DNA of 64,000 nucleotides from Rhizodiscina lignyota (lineage: Eukaryota): positions 2,356,001 through 2,420,000 of the forward strand of contig ML978124.1 of NCBI GenBank assembly GCA_010015805.1, given 5' to 3'. The notes beneath the pieces are model-generated. The model ran no database searches and was not told the origin of the DNA. It saw only the letters and a list, made by a program, of their open reading frames with translations. Of the stretch, positions 51,331 through 62,377 are shown one piece after another (position 1 is the first letter of the stretch; the number at the start of each line of letters is the position of its first letter). A program made the translations under genes and the position numbers.

Positions 51331-51645
51331 ATGGGTAACTGGACGAACATGGGTTGTAACGGCATGACAGGCTATCAAGGGCAGCTCACCATCCAGACGG
51401 CGCTTGATATTGCCAGGAACAGTGAAGGCGAGGTCGAACCTACCATTTCTGCATTTCTGGAGCACGCGCTACAAGTCGTGTGGGCGAAACTCATTTCTGC
51501 TCCCGACGCATACATCTTGACCAAGGACGAATTTGCATTATTCAACTATTTCCGGCCGCGTTTCGCACACTCCGACCTTGCACAGAAAGCCGTGCGGCGA
51601 TTCTGGGAGCATTACCGGGGAACTGAAGGATATTCGACATCCTGA
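51331..51645 (+). CDS. Small hypothetical fungal protein (104 aa)
   Basis: Protein-like helical sequence LTIQTALDIARNS...FLEHALQVVW...YILTKDEFALFNYFR...AVRRFW after a pyrimidine-rich leader; start could be a later Met. Confidence 0.7.
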   Translation: MGNWTNMGCNGMTGYQGQLTIQTALDIARNSEGEVEPTISAFLEHALQVVWAKLISAPDAYILTKDEFALFNYFRPRFAHSDLAQKAVRRFWEHYRGTEGYSTS

Positions 51646-52040
51646 CACGAGTCTCAGGACCTGCGTTTCGGCGCGTCGCGGCATTTCCGAGGTGTGCATG
51701 TGCATATATTTGATGTTGGACGATTGCTAATATATCATCAAGACTTGGCAGCCTAAAAGAACATATTTCCGGAAGGCCTTCAGCAACCTTTTACTCACGA
51801 ACGCCCCATCTATTAAGCTTCTCGCTTAAAGAGACCTTTAAAGACTAAATGAACATGGGTCGACTCGATTCGATCCTGCACGCTGACTCCAATCTATTCC
51901 GAAACGTATGTGGCTCACCATGTCAGCACTTCCACGAAGGATTCAACCAGCCGCGCGCGTACCAACCTCGAAAGTGTACTACTTCAAGCCACTATGACTA
52001 TCATCAGTCACGCGAGACGCCATTATCTTTTGCTTCCATC

Positions 52041-54072
52041 ATGCAGTTCCTATTCTTGGGAATCTTACTGTTAGTAGTAGGATGCAATGGGGAAGCGCAT
52101 CCACGATGGAATGGGCAATGCGCACTATCATCCCCCGTTGACGAGGAAGTCTTTCCCCGTCAAGTGTCATCAAATGTTCTTAGGGACTTTCAGGTTACCG
52201 CGCCGGTCTATGCGCCTCCGGATGCCAAGTGTGAGCAGACGCTGATGGTTCACTCGTTCGGCAACAGCTACGGACAGCCGTTTGTAGGTCAGTATGATAT
52301 TTGATTCTTTGAGACAACATTGCTGCCTTTGACTCATGGCGCAAACGTCGTCGTAATATCCCAAGATCAAACATAATTGACATTGCCCAGGGCCTTACAA
52401 CCCTCCATCATGCGATTTCAATCGAGTCGTAATGAATTTTACAGTCACGTCCAAAGGAAGGCAGTTCGACCGGCTGGCGTTGATGTATTTGAACGACACG
52501 GAAGTCTTTCGTACCTCGACCGCTGAGCCGACGGCAAATGGAATCATCTGGACGTACACGAAGGACATGTCTGCATTGCTATCGCTGTTCAAAGAGCCTC
52601 AGAAGCTCATTTTCGACCTTGGTAACCTCATTGATCAGACTTACACCGGACCGTTCAATACCACTTTGTCTGCAACGTACTTCATGGAAGCTAATACCCC
52701 TGCGGCAGCGGACATGGTTATTCCAGTATCGGGCCGCATGTCGAGCTCGAATCAGCCCAGCGCATTTGTATTACCCGCTGTCACAGCGATCAACAATCTC
52801 ACACTGCCTAGGAATATCAAGAAAGCATATTTTACGCTCTCTGCATGTGGTCAGGCGAACGAGGAGTTCTGGTGGAGCAATGTCCCGAGTTCCACGACCC
52901 AGACGTTTTCAAACACTACTTTATTGGGCTTTTCGCCCTGGAGAGAAGTGCAACTGCTCATCGATGGCTCAATCGCGGGAGTTGCTTGGCCATTTCCAGT
53001 CATCTTTACCGGTGGGGTAGTTCCTGGCTTCTGGCGGCCGATCGTGGGCATCGACGCATTCGACCTGAAGGAGGATGAGATTGATATTTCGCCGTTCATC
53101 CCGATTTTGGCAGATGGCAAGAGCCACAAGTTCGAAATCCGGGTGGTGGGAATAAATGACGATGGGAAAGGGCATGCGAGCATTGCTGAGACAGTTGGTG
53201 ACAATTGGGTTGTGACTGGAAAGATCTTCCTCTGGCTTGACGACAAGGGGTCCACTACGACAGGAATTATGTCCATCAGGAACGTATCCAACCCGGAATT
53301 CCATGTCATATCTGGCACGCAGCGGCTCTCCAACGGCACAAACACCACTTTGACGTACTCCGTACTAGCACAGCGAAACCTCGAGATCAATTCCACGATC
53401 AAGACTTCTGAGGGCGAACAGGTGGTCTCTTGGAGACAGTCCATTAGTTTCTCAAATACTGGTGAAGTGAGCGACGGAGGCAACACGGAGGTCAATTCGC
53501 AAATGACGAGCGGTGCGCACCAGTCTTCCAACGGCTACTCGAGGATCTACAGCTATCCGCTATACGTGTGGAACACGTTCTCAGACAACTCAGCGAGCGG
53601 CGGCAACTTGACAATCAGCGGCAAGATGGACCGATCGAAGGACGAAGAGGTCCTTGGACGTGGAGCTTTGGACACTCCAGTGGACGCGCTTCCACCCTCT
53701 GGAGATTCCGATTCTGCACCATCATATACGGGATACTCGATTCGCAATCGTCAAAACGGTACGGCGGACCTCGTACAGAATAACGCGAAGAACATATCCG
53801 CCAGCAGCGGGGAGACGGAGCAGACATACGAACTCAGCGGGGAGGCGGGAAGTCTTCCTCAGAACGCACAGGCGGTGCCTGATTACGGTAATGGGAAGGA
53901 GCTTTATAGTCGACATGTCATTGCGAAGAACGCAGCCGTCATTCTTGATAAAGAATCGCCTGTCATGGACGAAGGTTTCATTGCTAATGATATTGTCTCT
54001 AATCCCGGGTTGCAAATGCTGGGCTACCCAATGGCGGGTGTGAGAGGCATGCTTGGTAGGGGTCCAGCGTAA
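52041..54072 (+). CDS. Peptide-N4-(N-acetyl-beta-glucosaminyl)asparagine amidase A (PNGase A), secreted, 2 exons (intron 52288-52390)
   Basis: Signal peptide; HSFGNSYGQP, GRQFDRL...EVFRTSTAEP, GQANEEFWWSN, PFPVIFTGGVVPGFWRPIVGIDAFD. Confidence 0.92.
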
Positions 54073-54927
54073 TCGGAACGGAGTATTGGTCTGGTTTGGG
54101 ATTGTAAATAGAGGATAGAAGGACACACAGCTCACGCTATGATGAATGCAACGAATCGCTCGCTACAGTTGGAGTTTCACTGCATTAATACTGAGCACGA
54201 GCACTGCTCCGAACTTCGCAGTGCAGTGTTTGCAGTTCCCTGTTCCTCATTCGGGTCGCCTTCCCCGTTGCTTGGCTACACGTCGAATCTGACGGGTCCT
54301 TAGGCCCTGAGCCCCGAAAATGCTGGGGACGTGCAAAGTCTGCGGGTTAGTCATTGCTCCCCGCCCGCATGCATTTTCCTGATTGGCGCGTATAACGAGC
54401 ACTTGTCTCTCAACCACCGCGATCCCAGCCAGCGCTCGCATGACGACGCTGCTCATCCTGCCACACACCAGAGCGCCCCACGTTTCGAGTGCATGGCGCC
54501 ATCGCCCTCCGCGGAGAGGTGCGGCGGCTGCTCCCAAACGGCGGTGCTGCTGTACCGCTGTCGTGCGATACATGCTGGCGCGGAAGGAGTGCCTCGACCC
54601 GACTTGCATGCAGGAAGCAGCGGCGGTACCTGCAAGTGCAAGGCGCAAGCAGATGGACAGAGCACGCGCATCCGATCCACGCGCCGAACGCTCTCGCTGG
54701 GTATGATTGAATCAGGCACTCCTGCCCTCTTGGTGGCGCTCTTCACCCTCGTTTTTAGGCCCGCCGTGCGTGTCAGATTCACTCTGCCTCTGCATCGAGA
54801 TCTCCCGTTTCTCTGACTCCCTCTTCCCTCTTCCTTTTCCTGTCATCAGATCACTCATTCAATTGACTTTTCTCTCCCTCTCCGCTCTTTCCGTCCGCGT
54901 TTCAAGGCGAGCCTTGCATGGCCGAAC

Positions 54928-56709
54928 ATGCCACTTCCTCCTGCCCCACCATCTCAAAATGACGCCGAAGAGAATAAACCGCACTTAGAGTACGCTGTAG
55001 ACCTCTACTCTCCCTCTGAAGAAGACGTCTTCGCCGACCTGCCCTGTCCATACCACTCCAAATCCTCGAAATCTTTCGACGCCCGTCGAGACACCCTCCA
55101 AATCCCGTCTGCACACCGTCACCTGCGCTCCCCATCGCCCGACAGCGTCTCCAGCCTTTCGTTCGAAGAGCTAAGAACAGGCAGGAGCCCGTCGAGGGGA
55201 CGAGCGTATAGAGCAGCTTCCAGCTCTCCGGGGCCGGCGAAAACATGGAAGGGATGGGCGCAGGCTGTGTGGGTGCGGAATAAGGGTCTTGCGTTGGTGT
55301 TGATTGCGCAGGTTTTCGGTACGCTGATGAATGTGACGACGAGGCTGTTGGAGGTGGAGGGGAATAATGGCAAGGGGATGCATCCGTTTCAGGTATGGAA
55401 TTGCTGTTAAGTGATATTTTATTTTCTTTGTATTAATTTTTCAATTTAGATTCTCTTCGTTCGAATGGGACTGACAGTAATACTCGCCACTTGGTACATG
55501 TGGTGGAAAAAGACGCCAGACTTTCCTATGGGGCAGAAGGGCATCACACTGCTTCTCATCCTTCGTGGTATCGGTGGCTTCTTTGGTGTCTTTGGAATGT
55601 ACTGTATGTCTACTTTTCTCAATCATCTCAATATCATATCATATCTCATGCCTTTCGGCCTACCATTTCTATATTGAGCAATCTCTCACATGGCATCAGA
55701 CTCCCTCCTCTATCTCCCTCTCGCCGACGCAACCGTCATCACCTTCTTGGCTCCTTCTCTGGCCTGCTGGGCCTGCTACTACATCCTCAAAGAGCCATTC
55801 ACCCGCATGGAGCAAATTGCCGCACTCGTCTCGCTCTTTGGAGTCGTTTTGATCGCCCGTCCAACGAGCTTCTTCTCCTTTGGCGATGGCTCCGCTCCTT
55901 CCGCAAGTGGGACCGGAGACGTTACCGAAACGCCAGTCAGTTTCAACGTCACGGATCCAGCAGCAGTAGAACATGTTCCAAGCTTCGATCTGGATAGCGT
56001 TACTCCTGCAGAGAGAGCTGCTGGAGTCGGTGTCGCTCTCCTCGGTGTGATAGGTACGTTCTCCTAACCTTATCCCTAAGCTTACTTCAACCCACACCCA
56101 TAACAATATGCCTAACGATCAACTAACCTCAAATCAGGCAGCGCCATCGCATTCACCACCATTCGCTGGATTGGCAAGCGCGCCCACCCCCTCATCACCG
56201 TCAATTACTTCTCCTTCATGTGCACCATTGTCTCCATGCTCGTCATGGCCTTCGCCCCCGGCGTCGGCTTCATTTTTCCGGCCAACTTGAAGGAGTGGTC
56301 GTACCTCATTTTCCTCGGCGTTTGCGGCTTCGTCATGCAGTTCCTGCTCGCGGCAGGTCTGCAGTACGAGAAGAGTTCAAGGGCGACAAACATGGTGTAC
56401 ACGCAGATGTTGTTCGCACTGGCGTTTGATAAGATGTTCTTTGGGACGACTCCCGGGCTGCTGAGTATTGCGGGGAGTAGTTTGATTCTGGGGAGTGCGA
56501 TTTATGTGGCGGTGCATAAGGGCAAGGAGAGGGATGCAGCGGATGCTACTGTGAGAGTAGACGAAGAGGCGCAGCAGGGTCTAATGAGTGAACCAACTCT
56601 CGAAGTGGAGGAGGAAAGGGACCAAAGCCGAACTCGATTTGGCGTTATGGAACCGGGTGAGCAGGGGCAGCCGTATGAGGAGGTGCAGTTGAGGGCGATG
56701 AGGAATTGA
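54928..56709 (+). CDS. EamA/drug-metabolite transporter family membrane protein, 4 exons
   Basis: GMHPFQILFVRM, LLILRGIGGFFGVFGMYYSLLYLPLADATVITFLAP, IRWIGKRAHPLITVNYF, SSRATNMVYTQMLFAL; introns about 55393-55449, 55604-55699, 56054-56137. Confidence 0.9.
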
Positions 56710-56960
56710 TTGGCATTTCATCGGATTGCTATGGTACTAATGAAGACAGAATGGCAATGGCGTCAAACGACCTAAACACTGGGCGGCTGCATTGCATACC
56801 GGCGTTACTCAAGACCTGGAAGGGCTGGAAAATGTGCATTTCAGGCGCAAAAGAGGCCTCAGGACACTCCTTGAAGTCTTTCATGATATTTATGACGCGT
56901 ATACCTCTGGGGGTATCAGCCAAAGAACCCGAAAAAAGCTATATATTTACACACGTCGAA

Positions 56961-58814
56961 TCAACACATTTCCCTTTTCTCCCTATCTCCCTGGTCTTCA
57001 CTCCGAAACACCCTCCTCATCCACCCGTTAATCTTCTCTTGCCATCTTATATCCTCCGCGTCTCTATCCTCCCGCGCGCCCCTCCATCGATCCCGCACTT
57101 CGTTACTCCAAACCTGCCACATCTTCCCCCGCCCCCCTGTGGTCATCACCGCTTGCAAAAATAGCCACACCGTCCGCCCATCCATCTCGAACTCCGCTGC
57201 GTCTCGCGCCCACTCGCGCTTGTACTCTGCCCAGGTGGCGTCCAGCCGGCGCGCGTGCCACTCTGTGCTGTGCGGCCGCATGCCGTGCAGCCAGAAGCCG
57301 ATGAACAGAGAATGGAAGATGTCGCGCGCGAGCGGCACGCCCGTCTGGTCCATCTCGTTGAGCAGTTGCGCGACGCGGTGGTAGTCACCCACGTTGCGGG
57401 CGTAGTACTTGATCATGAGGGCATACGTATGCGTGTCTGGCGCGAGCGGCGCGCGGTCCTGCACTTCTCTCCGCTTCTGCGTATCGTCGCGGAACTGGAC
57501 CGCCAGTTCCTGGAGTTCACTTCGCAGGAGGCGGCGCGGATTGTATGCATTGGGCGGATCGCGCCGACCAGCGGGGGACTGGTGCATGACCTTCATGCGC
57601 TCGAAGATGGCGTCGGCGGCGGCGTGCTCGCCGGCAGCGAAGAGGCTGCGGATGACGTTGTTGAGCACGACGCTGTCGACGATCTCGCCGGCCTCGACGA
57701 GGTCCTTGTAGGCGCGGCGTACGGCATCGCCGTCGCGCAGCTGACCGGCGTGGAAGATCATGCAGCAGTAGAAGGCGCGTTTTTTGGGGAGGTTGCGCGC
57801 GGTCATCTCCTTCAGGATGAGTTCGACAAGCGGGAACTTGTTCGCTTTGGAGGCCATGTTGAAAAGGATGTTGAAGGTCACTTCGTTGGCCGCTATGCCT
57901 GCGCGCTTCTCCATGTCCCGCCAGATGTACAGCGCGGACTCGACTTCCGCGTTGGTGACTCGGCGAAAGGTCTGTGCGGCGAGCGAGATCGCGGTATTCC
58001 ACTCCTTGTTGGTGGCCGGGATGTGCGCGACTTTCATGTCGTCCATGATAGAGAGGTAGCGCAGCACGCTGGTGTCGTTGTGCCGCGGGACGAAGGTGAG
58101 TACGTAGAGGAGGCGGCGCAGGATGAATGGGGTAAGGTAAGAGGCGCGTGGGAAGGGGAGGGATTGGTAGGTCTCGTAGATGGCGGCGTGATCGCATTCG
58201 GAGAGGGGTTGAAATATAAGACGCTTTAGCTCTTGGGTGATGGGAAGGTATTCGGAGGGTTCTGCGTCCAAGGTGATGGTATCTGGTGGTTCGGGAGGTG
58301 GTGGTGGTTTCTCTGGCGGAGGGGTGTATTCGTCCTGTATGTTTTGCCAGTCATCGAACATTGGATAGAGGTCCACCAATCCATTGAGCTCTTCTCGCGA
58401 TATTTCATGTGGTGCAGGAACAACCGCCGTCGCCGCCGCTGCAGAGTTTCTCTTGTGTCCGACTGTTCGATAGCTCCTCGACGAACTCTTCTCCGGTGAT
58501 GACGATCTCCTCCTTGTATGTGTGTGAGACGAAAAGGATCGGATGGAAGACTGTAGAGACGGGGTCGAGTCTCCATGCCTCCTGCAACTACCCGCTCGTA
58601 CCAATGCTGATATGAAGGCATTATCCATACACTGGTGCCTCTCCGGACGACGCGAAGAACGATTCAACAGCGAACGCGACGATCGCGCAGAACATCCAGC
58701 ACGTACCTCCTTCTCTTGCAGTCCTGGATATAAGAATGGCAGAATAGGGCGAAATGCTATCGAGTTTCTCGTGGAATTCCCAGCTGCTCGCGACACGGAG
58801 GAGAGTGCGGACAT
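56961..58814 (-). CDS. Pentatricopeptide repeat (PPR) protein, probably mitochondrial
   Basis: PPR motifs ANEVTFNILFNMA, VDSVVLNNVIRSL, PDTHTYALMIKYY; Arg/Ser-rich N-terminus; first in-frame ATG at 58814. Confidence 0.85.
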   Translation of the reverse strand: MSALSSVSRAAGNSTRNSIAFRPILPFLYPGLQEKEVRAGCSARSSRSLLNRSSRRPERHQCMDNAFISALVRAGSCRRHGDSTPSLQSSIRSFSSHTHTRRRSSSPEKSSSRSYRTVGHKRNSAAAATAVVPAPHEISREELNGLVDLYPMFDDWQNIQDEYTPPPEKPPPPPEPPDTITLDAEPSEYLPITQELKRLIFQPLSECDHAAIYETYQSLPFPRASYLTPFILRRLLYVLTFVPRHNDTSVLRYLSIMDDMKVAHIPATNKEWNTAISLAAQTFRRVTNAEVESALYIWRDMEKRAGIAANEVTFNILFNMASKANKFPLVELILKEMTARNLPKKRAFYCCMIFHAGQLRDGDAVRRAYKDLVEAGEIVDSVVLNNVIRSLFAAGEHAAADAIFERMKVMHQSPAGRRDPPNAYNPRRLLRSELQELAVQFRDDTQKRREVQDRAPLAPDTHTYALMIKYYARNVGDYHRVAQLLNEMDQTGVPLARDIFHSLFIGFWLHGMRPHSTEWHARRLDATWAEYKREWARDAAEFEMDGRTVWLFLQAVMTTGGRGKMWQVWSNEVRDRWRGAREDRDAEDIRWQEKINGWMRRVFRSEDQGDREKREMC

Positions 58815-59137
58815 GAGCAGCCGCTCATTGTGCCGGTACGAGATGGAACTCAGGCTGAAGACATGATATCCGGCTTTCAATTGATGGCCGTAACTCCCGA
58901 ACGTCCGATTCGATAGCGCTGAAGGATATTTAGAGCTCTATATCAAGCTTCGCGAATGTCTCGTGGGTTGACGCAGGGACGCCTGCAAATGTTCGAGCTC
59001 GGCAAAATCCGCGCGGACAAAAAGTTCCATCTTCAATTCCATCCCGTATTCAGCTCTATAAATCATCCCAACTCTCGCTATTAAAGATGAGAATCACCAG
59101 ATAGCACTGTCCCACACCCCACTGACCGTCCTGCAAG

Positions 59138-60155
59138 ATGGGCAAACACCGCTTCGCCCCCCAACGCGTCCTCCGCGCCGCCGACCAGCTCCTCGAAACC
59201 AAACGCCTCACCCACCGCCCGCCATGGTACCTCTCCCTCGAGCGCATCCCCCCTCAGCAAATCCTCATACGCCCAGCGAAACAGCGGCCCATGTCATATG
59301 AAGAAGAGGAGTCGCTCCTCCGCCCAGGACAGCGCATCAACCCGTCGAAGTCGCGCATGGCGAAGGAGCTGCACAAGCCGCGCACGTGGGCGGAGATGAC
59401 GACGCGAGCGGGGAGAGGGGACGAGAAGGAGGCGCATGGGCAGTGGTATAAGCCGAAGAGGATTGCGTATCCGGAGGATAAGCTCAGGAGTGAATTCTTT
59501 GGGGATCATCCGTGGGAGTTGGCGAGGCCGAAGGTGATCCTTGAGGGGACTGGGAATGATGGTAAGAGGTGGAATTGGGGTTGGGGGATTGATCAGCCTG
59601 GGAAGGTGTTGGACGGAGAAAGGTATGTCTCCTCGTCTTCATCTATGTTGTATCGAACAGCCGCTGACTTTTATTGCTAGTGTCGTCCAGCGCCAACTCT
59701 ATCTCATGCGGCACCACAACATGACCAAAGCCGCAGCGTACGACGTGGCACGGCGAGAATTCTACGATAAACGACACGAGCAAGAAATCGAGCGGCGTGT
59801 CGCGAAGGAAGAGGCACTGCATTACGGAGCGTACTTCGGCAAATCTACGTTGGAGATAGGCGAGGAGCTCGAGGACGCAGTTTGGGAGAAGTGGAAGGAG
59901 AGGGCGATGGAGCACCTCGCGCAAGTAGAGGTACAGAGGGCGCAGACCGTGACATACTCGAGCGATGAGGACGAGGATGGCGATGAGTTGGGCGATATAG
60001 TGGATGTGCCCCTAGCAGTCGACGCACCGATGACACGACCGGAGCTGCAGGCCGGCTTGGAAGAAGTCGGGAAGGATAGTGTACCTGCGTCAAGAAGGGG
60101 CCAGAACGCGTACGGCGGTGCTGCTGTGCACCCTGGGCCTACATCTTCAATATAG
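59138..60155 (+). CDS. RSM25: Mitochondrial small-subunit ribosomal protein mS23 (Rsm25), 2 exons (intron 59623-59680)
   Basis: PPWY..., [40 protein letters not shown]...[10 protein letters not shown]...[17 protein letters not shown]. Confidence 0.92.
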
Positions 60156-60279
60156 TGTATATCTTCTTGTATTATATACAAACCGCTGCTTCATGGCTGC
60201 GATTATCGCTTTGTATCACTTTATCGACCTTCTGGACATGCAATACACTGTTGTCTGAGGCTTCTCTTGCTGCGCCTCA

Positions 60280-62377
60280 CTATAGCAGTGGTCCGGCGAG
60301 ATTCCACTTCACCCTCGAGACGCCGCCATTGCCCATCATCCACAGTTCGGTCAAGTCTGGCCCTGTCCAGACGAAATTTCTAAACACCAAGAGTTAGCTG
60401 CAGCTAATATAGGGAGAGTGTTTAGAGATGCATGTCCGATAGACGTTAAGATGTCGAAATATGTTGAAACGTGCGAAGAGAAATGCACTTACTGCACAGT
60501 GTAATTCGTCTGGATCCTGACCAACAATGTCCCGTACTGATCTAGTACATCGATGCCGAAACCAGCACCAGTCAACACATAGCCGTTCGCCGCGCATTTA
60601 AGCCCGTCAGGGATCCAATCCTGCGCGAGGTAGATGGGGCGCTTGTTGGTGATCCCCATGCCGTTGTCGATCACGTCGTACTTATAGACAGTATGTGCTG
60701 TCTGTAACACATAATGTCAGCATATAAAGAGAACACATCGATATCAAGATTAGTAGACAGCAATCGAAGCAGAATATAGCTTAGAATATAGAGGAGAACC
60801 CTCTTGAGCAGAACGCTTCTAAGCAGAACACTCTTAAGCATAATACCCTTAGGCAAAATGTTCTCAAGTAGAACTCTCTGTCGAGGTAGGTATTCAAAGA
60901 GTATTTTAGGAGAGGAGAGTGTGTTTAAGAGTGTGTTTAAGGGAGTATCCGAGAGAATATAGTATAAACGCATAACACATCAAGGACACAACTTACGGTC
61001 TGATTCCACGTGGTGCCGCCAAGATTATCCTGAGGTGGCACTCTCGCAAAGTCGCCGGACGAGGCACCCGTGTCGCTGATGTAGATGTGCTGGCCATCGG
61101 GGGATTGTGTGATGCCGTTGGGCAGGAAGAGCGTGTCTTCGACGATGCTTGCAGCGCCGGTCGACGGGCGGAAGCGCCATGTTGCGGACGGCAGCTGCGG
61201 GGCCTCGTCGGTGAGCTTGTTGAACCAGGCGTAGTCTGGAAGTAAGATCAGCAGATGCTATAGAGTCAAGGGTGTTGTTGGCTGGGAGCAGCAGAAGTAG
61301 AAATAGAATGTCGTGGGGCTGGTATATATGTGTTATAAGAGTGTGTTATAAGAGTGTGTTATAAGAGTGTGTTATAAGAGTGTGTTATAAGAGTGTGTTG
61401 TGAGAGTGTATTATAAGAGTGTGTTATAAGAGTGTTATGAGAGTATGTTATAAGAGTATATTATGAGAGTGTGTTATGAGAGTGTGTTATAAGAGTGTGT
61501 TATGTAGAATATCTAAACTAGAGGAAAGGTGAGAGGGTGGCTGGAAGAGTATAACTGAAAATGTACCGCAGGGGTAGGGATGAGCGCCGAAGATGAAAAT
61601 AGACGTACATGGATCAGTAAACCAGATATCCCCTTTAGCATCGACAATCAGATCATCAATGGTCGTGAAGTAGTATCCGTAGTAGTTGTTCAGCAGCACA
61701 GTGGTCTTGTTAGTATACGGATCCATCATCCTGATTCCAACTCTTTGCTCGCCGCCGCCGATGCTCTCGTTACCTCCACTAGCGGCCCAGTAGACCAAGC
61801 CGTTGTGGTACGTCCCACCGTTTGGAGCATAGATGGGTGGGTCGGGCTCGAAATCCTCAATAGTTGGTGGGTCATTATTCAGGTTCACGATGAGCTGCGG
61901 CAGCGTGCCAGGTGGTGGAGAGAGAATAGACATGTAGAGCAGGTTCAGACCGGGAACGTATACGGGAGCTTCATGCACAGCATCGGAGACGTGGAACATG
62001 AAGTCGTAAGTCGGATTGGCGCCGAGGATTTCCAGTCCGGCCTGTTCGTCGAAGACGAGGAAGTCTGCATCAGATACAGCACCAGTAGCGAAGGGATTGT
62101 TGGCGGTTGAATGATTCGACGCTGGCACCGCGGTCTGATTGTTTTCTGGTGGGACACCAACGATGGTATCACCGTAAGGGATGGGTGTACCGCCAACGGG
62201 AACATAGCGGTAGAAGTGGTACGGTAAGACAGCATCGTACTTGTTGATACATAAGACATTTGAAGCCGGAAGGCAGTTAGTTGCCAAGGGTGTTATGACA
62301 CCAGGAGGATTAGTCTCCTGGGCCCTTGACGAAGAAGCAAATGCCAAGAATGATAGTGAGATGCTTAAGAAATCCAT
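60280..62377 (-). CDS. Secreted SMP-30/gluconolactonase (lactonohydrolase) family protein, 4 exons (62377-61609, 61235-60997, 60701-60493, 60379-60280)
   Basis: Signal peptide; HEAPVYVP, APNGG, NNYYGYYFTTIDDL, IWFTDPYY, PNGITQSPDG..IYISDTG, IPDGLKCAANG. Confidence 0.9.
60795..60945. repeat. Degenerate 15-bp tandem repeat (AGAACNCTCTTAAGC, about 5-6 copies) plus (GAGTGTGTTTAA)2 inside intron 2 of the lactonase gene
   Basis: agaaccctcttgagc/agaacgcttctaagc/agaacactcttaagc/ataatacccttaggc/aaaatgttctcaagt. Confidence 0.7.
61329..61504. repeat. 13-bp minisatellite (TGTGTTATAAGAG), about 13.5 copies, inside intron 1 of the lactonase gene
   Basis: Directly visible tandem array; copies differ almost only by G/A. 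Confidence 0.95.

Noticed and set aside
57255..58229. 324-aa + strand ORF and similar antisense ORFs over real genes
   Set aside because: Antisense shadow of the GC3-biased PPR gene
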